From Gammaproteobacteria bacterium (GTDB taxonomy: Bacteria; Pseudomonadota; Gammaproteobacteria; UBA1113): 62,715 nt of DNA. The stretch lies in NCBI GenBank assembly GCA_009885495.1, contig VFKP01000012.1, forward strand, positions 1 to 62,715, in the 5' to 3' direction. The notes beneath the pieces were generated by a model. That model worked only from the letters and a program-made list of their open reading frames with translations, searched no databases and was not told where the DNA came from. Shown in pieces: positions 19,975 through 29,565 of this stretch. Positions within the stretch are counted from its first letter, which is position 1. Every line of letters starts with the position of its first letter. Both the position numbers and the translations under genes were made by a program.

Positions 19975-22900
19975 TTAATGCTCACTGGCATGGGCTAAAT
20001 CTTTTAATTCACGGCAAGCCACTGTCAACATCACAAATTCGACAGTATTGCTGCTTTTTAAATCCAACATGATTTGTTTCCAGCGATCAATGATCGCTTG
20101 ATGCTGCTTCTGCCAAGTCTCATATAAAGTGAACCCTTCAGGGATCTTCAAGGCACGCACTCTCAAAATATTGCGCGTTAAATCACGATGCAGCATACCC
20201 ACATCATCTCTTAATGCCGCTTTTGCCAGAGCATCCCAATGGGTTTGTTCATTATAATTTAAGATCAATTGTTGAAACCAATCTAATTCTAATTCATGCG
20301 CAAGCACAAAATACATCTCGGTCACCTCGGCAATGGGAATATTGCCATTGCCCCCTACATCAATGATATCCAGCATCGGCAATAAAAATTGAACTCTTGC
20401 AATATGTCGCGCCGTCACCTCATTGGCACCCTGCTCTGTATAGCGTCTTACAATGCTATCATACAATTCTGCGGTCAAGCCCTTAAAATAAGCGGAAAAA
20501 TCGGCATTTAATTTTTCAACTTTCGGGCGGTAATGGATAATCACCGCTTCCACGGCTTCTGAACTGCCATAATTTCGAATGATCCATCTCACAGCACGGC
20601 GCATAAAACGTGCCACAGACTGCAACATTTCACGCTGCACAAAACAAGGCACTTTATAATCCATTTGCTCAATTTGATGCCAGATGCTGTCCACCGAAAA
20701 AATATCTTTCACGATGACAAAGGCTTTGACAATATTGGCATAGGTCGCACCGGTTTGTGTGCGTAAGCGAGTGACAAAAGTAATCCCCATATAATCGACA
20801 ATCCGGTCACACAATTGTGTGACCACAATTTCTCGGTACAGACTATGATTTAAAATATCTTGTTTAAAGCGTTGATGCAGCATGCTGGGAAACTCAGCTT
20901 CAACAAAACGTGAAATATAAGGCTCTTCAGGGATAGGTGATTTTAACAATTCTTCTTTTAGAAAAATTTTAAAATAAGCTAAAAGTACAGCCAATTCAGG
21001 TGCCACCAAACCTTTACCGGAGGCTTTACGTTCTTGCAATTCTTTATCCGTCGGTAAAAATTCAATCGCGCGATCCAAAAGCCCTACTTTTTCCAAATCT
21101 TCCAAAACGCGTACAAAGAGATCCAAACTGTATTTGACTTGATCTTGAGCCAAACTCACCGCTTGCGTTTGAGTGTAATTGTCTCTCAAGACTAAATCGG
21201 CGACTTCTTCAGTCATGCTGGTTAACAAAGTATTGCGTTGTTTTTCGGTCAGATCGCCATTGGCCATCACTTGATTCAACAAAATTTTAATATTCACTTC
21301 ATGATCGGAGCAATCTACACCGGCAGAATTATCGATGAAATCAGTCACAATCCGCCCACCGAGCAAAGCATATTCAACTCGTCCTCGTTGTGTAGCGCCT
21401 AAATTGCCGCCCTCGCCCACCACTTGCGCACCCAATTCACAGCCATTGACTCGAATGGCGTCATTGGCTTTATCCCCCACATCAACCTGTGATTCCGTAC
21501 TGGCTTTGATGTAAGTACCAATACCCCCATTCCACAACAAATCAATTTTCATTTTAAATAATAGTGTGATCAGAACATTGGGCTCTATGGTTTCTTTTTC
21601 AAAACCGATCATATTTTTTATTTCAGGGGTTAATTTAATTGATTTGGCATTGCGTAGAAACACGCCCCCTCCTTGAGAGATCAATTCCGCTTGATAATCC
21701 ATCCAACTGGAACGCGGCAAATTAAACAAGCGTTGACGTTCTATAAAACTAAGCTCAGGATCGGGATTAGGATCAATAAAAATATGCCGATGATCAAAGG
21801 CCGCTACCAATTGAATATGCTGTGACAAGAGCATCCCGTTTCCAAAAACATCGCCTGACATATCACCAATACCCAAGACCGTAAAATTTTCCGTTTGCGT
21901 ATTACGATTAAGCTCTCTAAAATGTCTTTTGACCGATTCCCAGGCGCCTCGCGCCGTGATGGCCATCTTCTTATGATCATAGCCTGTTTTGCCACCCGAA
22001 GCGAAAGCATCGCCTAACCAAAAGTCATACTGCAAAGCCACATCATTGGCATAATCAGAAAAAGTTGCGGTGCCCTTATCTGCAGCAACCACCAAATATG
22101 AATCCGGATCATCATACCGTATCACGGATTCAGGTGTAATCACCTGACCTTCAACCCGATTATCCGTAATATCCAACAAAGCACAGATGTATTTTTGATA
22201 ACATTTTACGGCTTCTTCTTGGATCTCCTCACGACTGGCTTCTTTAGGGATCAGTTTTAATACAAAACCTCCTTTAGCTCCTGTGGGTACAATGACTGAA
22301 TTTTTAACGCGCTGAGCCTTCATCAAACCCAGAACTTCTGTGCGGAAATCTTCTCGTCTATCAGACCAGCGAATACCCCCACGAGCCACTTTCCCACTGC
22401 GTAAATGAATGCCCTCAAAACTAGGGGAATAGACAAAAATTTCAACCATCGGACGAGGTAAAGGCATTTCAGCCATGGCATGAGGATCGAGCTTAACGGA
22501 AATATATTCTTTAAAATTTCCCTCAGCATCTTTCACAAAGAAATTAGTTCTCAGCGTTGCCATAATGGCTTCATAATAACGTCTAAAAATCTTATCTTCA
22601 TCTAAGCTTAGCACTTCTGATAACAAATCTTCGATGCGCTGTGTTAACACGGTAACGATGGTTTGTGCACCGTCTTGACGTTCCGGATCAAATCGCAATT
22701 TAAATAGATCCACCAATTCACGAGCAATCGCTGGGTATTGAGAAAAGGCTTCTTCAATATACGATTGACTAAAAGTGAAATTGATTTGTTTAAAGTATTT
22801 AGCATAAGCCCGTATCACCGAGATCTCTCGCCAATTTAAATGAGCCAGCAATGCCAAACGGTTAAATCCATCATCTTCAGTCTGTTGAAACCAAACCTTC

Positions 22901-24888
22901 TCAAAAGTCTCTTGAAATAATTCTTTAACTTCATCGATGCGCACATCAGCGCCCAATTGTGTTGTCATTGCAAAATCATTAATCCAAGCGACATGATCTT
23001 CAGACTGCTGTATTCGATAAGGTTGTTCTGTCAAGACTCGCAGCCCCATGTTTTCTAAAATAGGCAAAGCATCCGAAAGAGGGATAGGCTCTTGTAAGTG
23101 GTATAATTTAAATCGATAATGATGGTTATCGGATTCTAAGGGTTTAGAAAAGCTCATCCTTAAATGCTCGGGTTTTTCCATTTTTTCAAAATGCTGGATA
23201 TCATACGCCGCCGTACGCGGACTGAATGTTTCAACATAACCCGCAGGAAAAGCCGATTTATAATGTAAAAACAAATGGCTGCCTTCTTCTTCGCCAAATA
23301 ATTCAAGTAACTCTTCATACAAATCATCTTTCCAGTTACGTGAGATTTGTCGTAATTTTTCTTCGACAGCAGCGATATCATAGACCAAAGTTTCAGTGGT
23401 ATCGATACGGATTAAAAAATGGATGCGCGCCAAGATAGATTCGCTGAAAACGGTTGTTTGATGCACTTCAGTACCATGGAAGGCTTTCATTAAAATGTTT
23501 TTAGCGGCAGTCCCCAATTCAGTGTTATAACGATCGCTGGGGATGAACAAGAGACAAGACATAAACCGACCAAAGACATCTTTACGCACAAATAAACTAA
23601 TGCGTCGTCTTTCTTGCATCTGCAAGATCCCCAAACTTAATTCAAGCAGTTCCTGTACACTACTTTGAAACAAATCATCTCGAGGCAAAGTTTCCAAAAT
23701 ATTTAAGAGGGCTTTTCCCGCATGTCCTGCGGGAGACAATTTTGAATTTTGCATCACCGCCCTGACTTTTTGGCGCAATAAAGGGATAGCATAAGGCCGA
23801 CTATTGTAGGCCACGGAAGTGTACAACCCGACAATACGTCGAATTCCACAGACTTGGCCGGATTTGTCAAACACTTTAATTTCAATTTGATCGGTATAAG
23901 CATGCCGATGCACGGTAGACAGACGATTCGTTTTTAAAGATTCAATATAGCTGTTTTTGTCTAGAATAATCTTTTTAGCGGTTGGAGGAAGCTTTGAAAA
24001 TTGACGCGAAATTTTATTGGCATCAAAATAACGCAATACGCCCAGCCCTGTACCTTCAATCGGCTTTAATATCCAATCATCACCCGCTTCTTTTTCTAAT
24101 TTATATTCTCGCCAACCTAAAAAAGTGAAATGATTATTAGACAACCATTTTAAAAATTCTACTGATTCGGCCAAAGCAGCCTTATTGGTTTCAGGCACTT
24201 CTAAAGATTCGAGAATGTGCACTGTTTCATCGACTTTAGCCATCACTTCGGGCCAATCCTGTACGCACAATTTAACATCATTTAAAATATGCTGGAAGGC
24301 TTGTGTCAAACCTTCTAATAATTCAGGTTCAGATAATTTATCGACTTCAATATAAACCAAAGCTTCATTACTGACTTCGTTGATATCAGTTCCCATAGGG
24401 TAAACATGGGTAATGGCATCATTGGCATCGCGTAGCACTTTGAACGCCCCTGTATGGAAAATCGTGTGTACCGTCATTTCACGACGATTCAATTCCATCA
24501 ACAAAGAGTCGACCAAAAAAGGCATATCGTCTTGAACCAATTCAATGATGGTATGGCTGGATTGCCAACCCAATTCTTCAAATTGTGGATTGAAAATGCG
24601 TAATTTCAGCTGGCCCGGTTTGCGATGATAGACTTCATTCCAAAAAGAGATATTGGCACCCAAAAAATCGCTAAGCGTATGAGCACTCAAATCTTCATAA
24701 GAGGCGGTAGCGTATAAATGCTCCATAAATTCGATAAAAAGCTCTACCTGCCCAGAATTCATTTTATCCTGAGCCCTATGCTTTAGCTCGGCAAACATTT
24801 CTCGTCGTTCAGCCTGATGGTTACTGGAATAAGCCTTAATACTCTCTTTACGAATAATGGCTTGTCGGATGGAGGATTTTTCAGACAT
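19975..24888 (-). CDS. gdhB: NAD-specific glutamate dehydrogenase, large (about 180 kDa) type
   Basis: Uninterrupted 1637-aa ORF. The catalytic core contains GGIRWSDR, KAQRVKNSVIVPTGAKGGF and GIGDMSGDVFGNGML. Confidence 0.9.
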   Translation of the reverse strand: MSEKSSIRQAIIRKESIKAYSSNHQAERREMFAELKHRAQDKMNSGQVELFIEFMEHLYATASYEDLSAHTLSDFLGANISFWNEVYHRKPGQLKLRIFNPQFEELGWQSSHTIIELVQDDMPFLVDSLLMELNRREMTVHTIFHTGAFKVLRDANDAITHVYPMGTDINEVSNEALVYIEVDKLSEPELLEGLTQAFQHILNDVKLCVQDWPEVMAKVDETVHILESLEVPETNKAALAESVEFLKWLSNNHFTFLGWREYKLEKEAGDDWILKPIEGTGLGVLRYFDANKISRQFSKLPPTAKKIILDKNSYIESLKTNRLSTVHRHAYTDQIEIKVFDKSGQVCGIRRIVGLYTSVAYNSRPYAIPLLRQKVRAVMQNSKLSPAGHAGKALLNILETLPRDDLFQSSVQELLELSLGILQMQERRRISLFVRKDVFGRFMSCLLFIPSDRYNTELGTAAKNILMKAFHGTEVHQTTVFSESILARIHFLIRIDTTETLVYDIAAVEEKLRQISRNWKDDLYEELLELFGEEEGSHLFLHYKSAFPAGYVETFSPRTAAYDIQHFEKMEKPEHLRMSFSKPLESDNHHYRFKLYHLQEPIPLSDALPILENMGLRVLTEQPYRIQQSEDHVAWINDFAMTTQLGADVRIDEVKELFQETFEKVWFQQTEDDGFNRLALLAHLNWREISVIRAYAKYFKQINFTFSQSYIEEAFSQYPAIARELVDLFKLRFDPERQDGAQTIVTVLTQRIEDLLSEVLSLDEDKIFRRYYEAIMATLRTNFFVKDAEGNFKEYISVKLDPHAMAEMPLPRPMVEIFVYSPSFEGIHLRSGKVARGGIRWSDRREDFRTEVLGLMKAQRVKNSVIVPTGAKGGFVLKLIPKEASREEIQEEAVKCYQKYICALLDITDNRVEGQVITPESVIRYDDPDSYLVVAADKGTATFSDYANDVALQYDFWLGDAFASGGKTGYDHKKMAITARGAWESVKRHFRELNRNTQTENFTVLGIGDMSGDVFGNGMLLSQHIQLVAAFDHRHIFIDPNPDPELSFIERQRLFNLPRSSWMDYQAELISQGGGVFLRNAKSIKLTPEIKNMIGFEKETIEPNVLITLLFKMKIDLLWNGGIGTYIKASTESQVDVGDKANDAIRVNGCELGAQVVGEGGNLGATQRGRVEYALLGGRIVTDFIDNSAGVDCSDHEVNIKILLNQVMANGDLTEKQRNTLLTSMTEEVADLVLRDNYTQTQAVSLAQDQVKYSLDLFVRVLEDLEKVGLLDRAIEFLPTDKELQERKASGKGLVAPELAVLLAYFKIFLKEELLKSPIPEEPYISRFVEAEFPSMLHQRFKQDILNHSLYREIVVTQLCDRIVDYMGITFVTRLRTQTGATYANIVKAFVIVKDIFSVDSIWHQIEQMDYKVPCFVQREMLQSVARFMRRAVRWIIRNYGSSEAVEAVIIHYRPKVEKLNADFSAYFKGLTAELYDSIVRRYTEQGANEVTARHIARVQFLLPMLDIIDVGGNGNIPIAEVTEMYFVLAHELELDWFQQLILNYNEQTHWDALAKAALRDDVGMLHRDLTRNILRVRALKIPEGFTLYETWQKQHQAIIDRWKQIMLDLKSSNTVEFVMLTVACRELKDLAHASEH

Positions 24889-24958
24889 ATTTAAACTCTC
24901 TTTGTTTCAGTCACTACTCGGGTCTTTTTTTAAAAAAAGCCCATATTTGGAACAATAC

Positions 24959-25633
24959 TCAATCGCCCTGACGTTCAAGCACAACCGTATTACGCAAATA
25001 TTGTGGCGAAATTTTATTTGCTGGCTGAGCTAAACCCTGCTGCCATCCTTGCAGTGCTAAAGATACCATATCTTGAGCTAAAGGCCAGCGATCGGTCTCT
25101 GATAAATAACAAAAATCTATCTTCTCTTGCAACTGTGGATACACTAAAAAGGCTTCACCGGCCCCGACCCAGGGCTTTGCCAGAGATTTCAATTCATCCT
25201 GTTTCATCAAAACCGCTTCTTGCCTAAAGCCCATCAGGCCTTGGGCTGCGCTAAACTTTTGGAAATAAATCTCATTCCTACGTGCATCCAAAGCGATGGC
25301 AATCTGCTCACAACCATGGCGTCGGTAAACCCCTTGAGCCAAGACATTTAAACTGCCCAGGGCAATAATGGGTTTGCCCCAAGCCAAAGCCAATCCTTGA
25401 GCCACAGCGACCCCCACTCTCAGCGCTGTAAAACTGCCAGGCCCTATGCTAACGACCAAAGCATCTAAGCTTTCTGACTTTAATCCTGTTTCCTGAAATA
25501 AAGCGTCAATCACCGTTAAGATCTGCTCTGCTTGAAAATGTTCTGCCTCCAAACCTTTAAAGCAGCAGTCTTGTCCATTGCTTAAAGCTGCCGATGAATA
25601 CGATGAAGAAGTTTCCAAACACAAAAAGCGCAC
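24959..25633 (-). CDS. tsaB: tRNA t6A biosynthesis protein TsaB
   Basis: 224 aa. N-terminus FLCLETSSSYSSAAL and motif GPGSFTALRVGVAVAQGLA. GTG start 3 nt after the fdxA stop. Confidence 0.85.
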   Translation of the reverse strand: MRFLCLETSSSYSSAALSNGQDCCFKGLEAEHFQAEQILTVIDALFQETGLKSESLDALVVSIGPGSFTALRVGVAVAQGLALAWGKPIIALGSLNVLAQGVYRRHGCEQIAIALDARRNEIYFQKFSAAQGLMGFRQEAVLMKQDELKSLAKPWVGAGEAFLVYPQLQEKIDFCYLSETDRWPLAQDMVSLALQGWQQGLAQPANKISPQYLRNTVVLERQGD

Positions 25634-25636
25634 AGG

Positions 25637-25960
25637 CTATTCCTCTAAATATTGACGTTTTTCACTCACGTCTTTCCAATCATCGGCATCAACAGGGGCT
25701 GGTTTCATATGATCAATGTTTGGCCATTTATCGGAAAGTTCTCGATTTAAGCGCAGGAAATCTTCTTGTCCCTGAGGTAATTCATCCTCGGCATAAATAG
25801 CATTTACCGGGCACTCGGGTTCACATAAAGCACAATCAATGCATTCATCCGGATTAATCGCTAAAAAGTTGGGCCCTTCATAAAAACAGTTGACAGGACA
25901 GACTTCGACACAATCCATATATTTACAGCGTATACAGCTTTCTGTCACAACAAAGGTCAT
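25637..25960 (-). CDS. fdxA: 7Fe (3Fe-4S/4Fe-4S) ferredoxin FdxA
   Basis: 107 aa. The pattern [14 protein letters not shown] ... [12 protein letters not shown] is the Azotobacter-type ferredoxin pattern. Confidence 0.9.
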   Translation of the reverse strand: MTFVVTESCIRCKYMDCVEVCPVNCFYEGPNFLAINPDECIDCALCEPECPVNAIYAEDELPQGQEDFLRLNRELSDKWPNIDHMKPAPVDADDWKDVSEKRQYLEE

Positions 25961-25962
25961 TT

Positions 25963-26703
25963 CTATTCTCCACAGCCGAAAGGATTACCGCAACCCAAGG
26001 AATAAGCACGCTCAGTTTTAGGCTGAACTGTGGTCCATTCTACCATCGCTTTGATCCCTTGTGCACCCGAAATAGCCTCTTTAGCAAAAAAATTTTGCCC
26101 TAATGCTGCTTCTAAATCAGCTACTTTGCTTTGATCCGCAGCAGATAAAACCCTTAGATCAGCGGCAGTACTGTGAACACAAGGCGCACATTCCCAACTA
26201 CGATGCCCCAAGGCTACAAAACCGGCTCGTTGGATCAAAGCATAGAACTCATCATCCGGATATTCACATAAAGGGTAACAGAGCCCGCGGCCGCCAAAAT
26301 GTTCTGAATATTGCTCTTTTGATTTTAGATCCAGCGCTTTGGAGGAGCGGTGGGTGAATAAAATAACAGCCTCACAAGCCGGATCTTTTTCATCCAGCCA
26401 AGCTAAAAAAGGTAAGCCCTTAAGCCAGGCGGCACACCATTGAAATTCTGGGGAAGGAAAAGCTTGTTTTTCTAAAACCAGCTCTGAAAAATTCGGTTTG
26501 GCTTGCAAGGTTTGTACGCTAAAGCCATAGCTTAGCGCTAGATCTTGTCCTTGCCGCACTTGTTTTTCCCAAACCGGATGCTGTGCTGCAAAACCGGTTT
26601 CGACTCGAACCAACTGCAGATCCGAGATCCCCTGCTCATGGGCCCATTGAATTAAAGCAATCGTACCATCACCGTAATTACCGAAAATAACCTGCATGAC
26701 CAT
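25963..26703 (-). CDS. PAPS-reductase-like (adenine nucleotide alpha-hydrolase superfamily) protein
   Basis: 246 aa. Its N-terminal strand [16 protein letters not shown] sits where SGGKDS lies in the family. It also has [12 protein letters not shown], resembling the CC..RK..PL segment, plus ECAPCV and a C-terminal [10 protein letters not shown]. Assignment is by motif resemblance only. Confidence 0.45.
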   Translation of the reverse strand: MVMQVIFGNYGDGTIALIQWAHEQGISDLQLVRVETGFAAQHPVWEKQVRQGQDLALSYGFSVQTLQAKPNFSELVLEKQAFPSPEFQWCAAWLKGLPFLAWLDEKDPACEAVILFTHRSSKALDLKSKEQYSEHFGGRGLCYPLCEYPDDEFYALIQRAGFVALGHRSWECAPCVHSTAADLRVLSAADQSKVADLEAALGQNFFAKEAISGAQGIKAMVEWTTVQPKTERAYSLGCGNPFGCGE

Positions 26704-26716
26704 GATGCCCCTTCAG

Positions 26717-27688
26717 TTAAATAATCTTATATTCAAGACAATGCTGCTTTAAAGCGGCTGTAAGTTGAGCACTCAGCACCGCATCCACTTTCAAAAACCA
26801 AGCATCGGTCAAAGAGAATGTCTGACATTTAACGGCATCTTTTTCAGTCATAATGAGAGTGTGGTGCTGATACGCTTTGAGATCATTCCATTGATACGCA
26901 TAATGATCGGCAAAGATATGCGGTTTAATCTGCAAACCTAATTTTTTTAAACTTTCCAGGAAACGTTGCGGATGACCAATCCCTACAAAAACATCCACCG
27001 CTTTTTGTGCAAACGCGTTTAAAGGTTGGCTCATACCAGCGTCTTGTAAAGATGCAAAATATTGTGGTTTGAGTGAAAAACGCCAGGCACAGCTCTTATC
27101 TTCAGTATGATAAACAATCCAAGGAGTGGTTTTTAAGCGTTGAAGCGGCTCGCGTAAAGGACCTGCAGGCAAGCAAAAGCCATTGCCAAATTGCCGTTGA
27201 CCATCAACAATGATGATTTCCATGCTACGCCCTAAGGCATGATGCTGTAAACCATCATCACTTAAAATAATACTGCAATTTGAAGCATCCAATAAAGTTT
27301 GTACTGCCTTGACGCGATCTCGTCCAACCACGATGGGACATTGCAAGCGTTTGGCCAAAAGTACGGGTTCATCTCCCATTATTCGCGGATCACTGTCAGC
27401 ATTCACAAAAGCCGTTTCTTCTTTTAAACTGCCGCCATAACCTCGGCTGACAATTCCAGGCCGAAATCCCCAAACCTGTAATTGTTCTGCCAAAGCAATG
27501 ATAAAAGGCGTTTTACCCGTACCACCCACCGTTAGATTCCCAACGACAATAACGGGGATTTGAAAATGAATGGTTTTAAACCAGGCCCGATCATAGCATT
27601 TTTGTTTGACCCACACTGCTAAGATCCACAGCAAAGATAGAGGCCAGAGGCTATAGCTTAAGATATTTTTTTGATACCAATGTTTCAT
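26717..27688 (-). CDS. lpxK: tetraacyldisaccharide 4'-kinase
   Basis: 323 aa with P-loop VIVVGNLTVGGTGKTP. Lies downstream of msbA, as in E. coli. Confidence 0.9.
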   Translation of the reverse strand: MKHWYQKNILSYSLWPLSLLWILAVWVKQKCYDRAWFKTIHFQIPVIVVGNLTVGGTGKTPFIIALAEQLQVWGFRPGIVSRGYGGSLKEETAFVNADSDPRIMGDEPVLLAKRLQCPIVVGRDRVKAVQTLLDASNCSIILSDDGLQHHALGRSMEIIIVDGQRQFGNGFCLPAGPLREPLQRLKTTPWIVYHTEDKSCAWRFSLKPQYFASLQDAGMSQPLNAFAQKAVDVFVGIGHPQRFLESLKKLGLQIKPHIFADHYAYQWNDLKAYQHHTLIMTEKDAVKCQTFSLTDAWFLKVDAVLSAQLTAALKQHCLEYKII

Positions 27689-27698
27689 GGGAATGCAC

Positions 27699-29555
27699 TC
27701 AGGCCGATTCGCTGTCGCTTAAGACCTTCTCCCCCAACCCCGGACTCAGAGTACTGGGCGAGTAAGGAGCTGGCGATTTAAATTGCATCTCGTATAATTT
27801 AGCATAATATCCGCCACGAGCTAGGAGCTCGCCATGGCGCCCCTGCTCTATCATATGTCCAGCATCCATCACGACAATCCAATCCGCTGATTCAATCGTC
27901 GATAAGCGATGGGCTATGACCAAGGTGGTCCTATTTTTCATAACTTCTTCTAAGGCATCTTGAATATGGCGCTCTGATTCGGAATCCAAGGCGGAGGTGG
28001 CTTCGTCTAAAATTAAAATAGGCGCATTTTTCAAGAGCGCCCGAGCAATGGCGATCCTTTGGCGTTGGCCGCCCGATAATAAAACACCATTTTCTCCGAC
28101 TAAGGTATTTAATCCCTGAGGGAGCTGCTCAATAAATTCCATCGCATGGGCTGTTCTGGCCGCTGTCTCAATTTCAGCATCAGTGACATTGTCCTGCAAA
28201 CGGCCATAAGCGATATTATTGGCGATGGTGTCATTGAACAAAGACACTTGCTGTGACACCAAAGCAAATTGTTGTCGCAAATTTTTTAAGGCATATTCTT
28301 TAATGTTAATGCCATCAATGGTGATGCTGCCGCTGCCCTCGCCCAGATCGTAAAACCGCGGTAGCAAGCTGGCAATGGTGGATTTACCCGAACCCGAACG
28401 TCCCACTAAGGCCACGACTTGCCCGGGTTGAATGTTAAAATTAATCTGATTCAAAACGGGAGCCGTGCTAGAGCTATAAGCAAAAGAAACCTCTTTAAAA
28501 ACAATCTCCCCTTTCACTCGGGCAATCGCATGAGAGCCCTGATCCAATTCAGGCGCATTATCCAACATTTCAAAAATCGTTTCAGCGCCTGCCAGTCCTT
28601 TTTGAATGGTCGCATTTAAGGTCGTTAAATCTTTAACGGGTTTTAATAAAGCCATCATTGCGGCAATCATTGCGGCAAAACCACCTGCAGTCAATTGCTG
28701 CCCTGTGCCCAATTTGGAAGTGGCGAAATAAATCAACAAGGCTAAGACCATCACTCCCAAGAGCTGTACGGTTGAAGTGCCTGCAGCTTTCGCCACAATA
28801 ATTTTGAGTTCTCGCGTCATTCCCGCTTTCACGGCTTTAGAGAATTTTTTCATTTCATAAGATTCGCCACCAAAAATGCGAACCACTTTATAAGATTCAA
28901 TGGCTTCTTCAGCAACATGGGTGATATCGGCCATAGCATCTTGAGTTTGACGACTCAATTGACGTATACGCCGACTGCTTAATTTTACCGCGATGGCCAC
29001 TATAGGACCTGTCACCAGCAATAACAGCGTTAATTGCCAACTCAAAGAAAATAGCACCACTAATAGCCCTAAGGCTAAAAAACCCGATTGCACAAATTGA
29101 GTCAAGGCATCGGTACAGGCTGAAGACACCTGTGCGGCATTGTAAACGATCAAAGACAGCATTTGACCGGAAGAACCATGATCATAATAAGAACAAGGCA
29201 AATGCAAAAGCCTGTCAAAAATAGCTTTACGAAACGTCATCACCACACTACGGGCGATTTTAGACATCATATAATCGCCGGCTAGATTCATCACTGAGCG
29301 CAGTAAAAATAAACCGATTAAAATAATGGGCAACCATCGTAAGAAAGATACATCATGTAAAACAAATCCCTTGTCCAAAATAGGTTTCATCATATAGGTC
29401 AGCGAAGCATCAACCCCAGAACACAACATATTGGCGGCAAAGGCCAGCAAAAACCAAGGCCAATAGGGCTTAGCATAGGTCAGCAAACGCCGATATAAAA
29501 CAACGCTGTCTCCCGTAGGTTTACGCTTAACGGCTGGTTTGTGTACTGTTCTCAT
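27699..29555 (-). CDS. msbA: lipid A export ABC transporter permease/ATPase MsbA
   Basis: Six-TM domain plus NBD (GRSGSGKST, LSGGQRQRIAIARAL, ILILDEATSALD). Start set at the ATG at 29555 (AGGA upstream). The alternative GTG at 29576 would overlap comEC. Confidence 0.85.
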   Translation of the reverse strand: MRTVHKPAVKRKPTGDSVVLYRRLLTYAKPYWPWFLLAFAANMLCSGVDASLTYMMKPILDKGFVLHDVSFLRWLPIILIGLFLLRSVMNLAGDYMMSKIARSVVMTFRKAIFDRLLHLPCSYYDHGSSGQMLSLIVYNAAQVSSACTDALTQFVQSGFLALGLLVVLFSLSWQLTLLLLVTGPIVAIAVKLSSRRIRQLSRQTQDAMADITHVAEEAIESYKVVRIFGGESYEMKKFSKAVKAGMTRELKIIVAKAAGTSTVQLLGVMVLALLIYFATSKLGTGQQLTAGGFAAMIAAMMALLKPVKDLTTLNATIQKGLAGAETIFEMLDNAPELDQGSHAIARVKGEIVFKEVSFAYSSSTAPVLNQINFNIQPGQVVALVGRSGSGKSTIASLLPRFYDLGEGSGSITIDGINIKEYALKNLRQQFALVSQQVSLFNDTIANNIAYGRLQDNVTDAEIETAARTAHAMEFIEQLPQGLNTLVGENGVLLSGGQRQRIAIARALLKNAPILILDEATSALDSESERHIQDALEEVMKNRTTLVIAHRLSTIESADWIVVMDAGHMIEQGRHGELLARGGYYAKLYEMQFKSPAPYSPSTLSPGLGEKVLSDSESA

Positions 29556-29565
29556 TCGTTTTATC

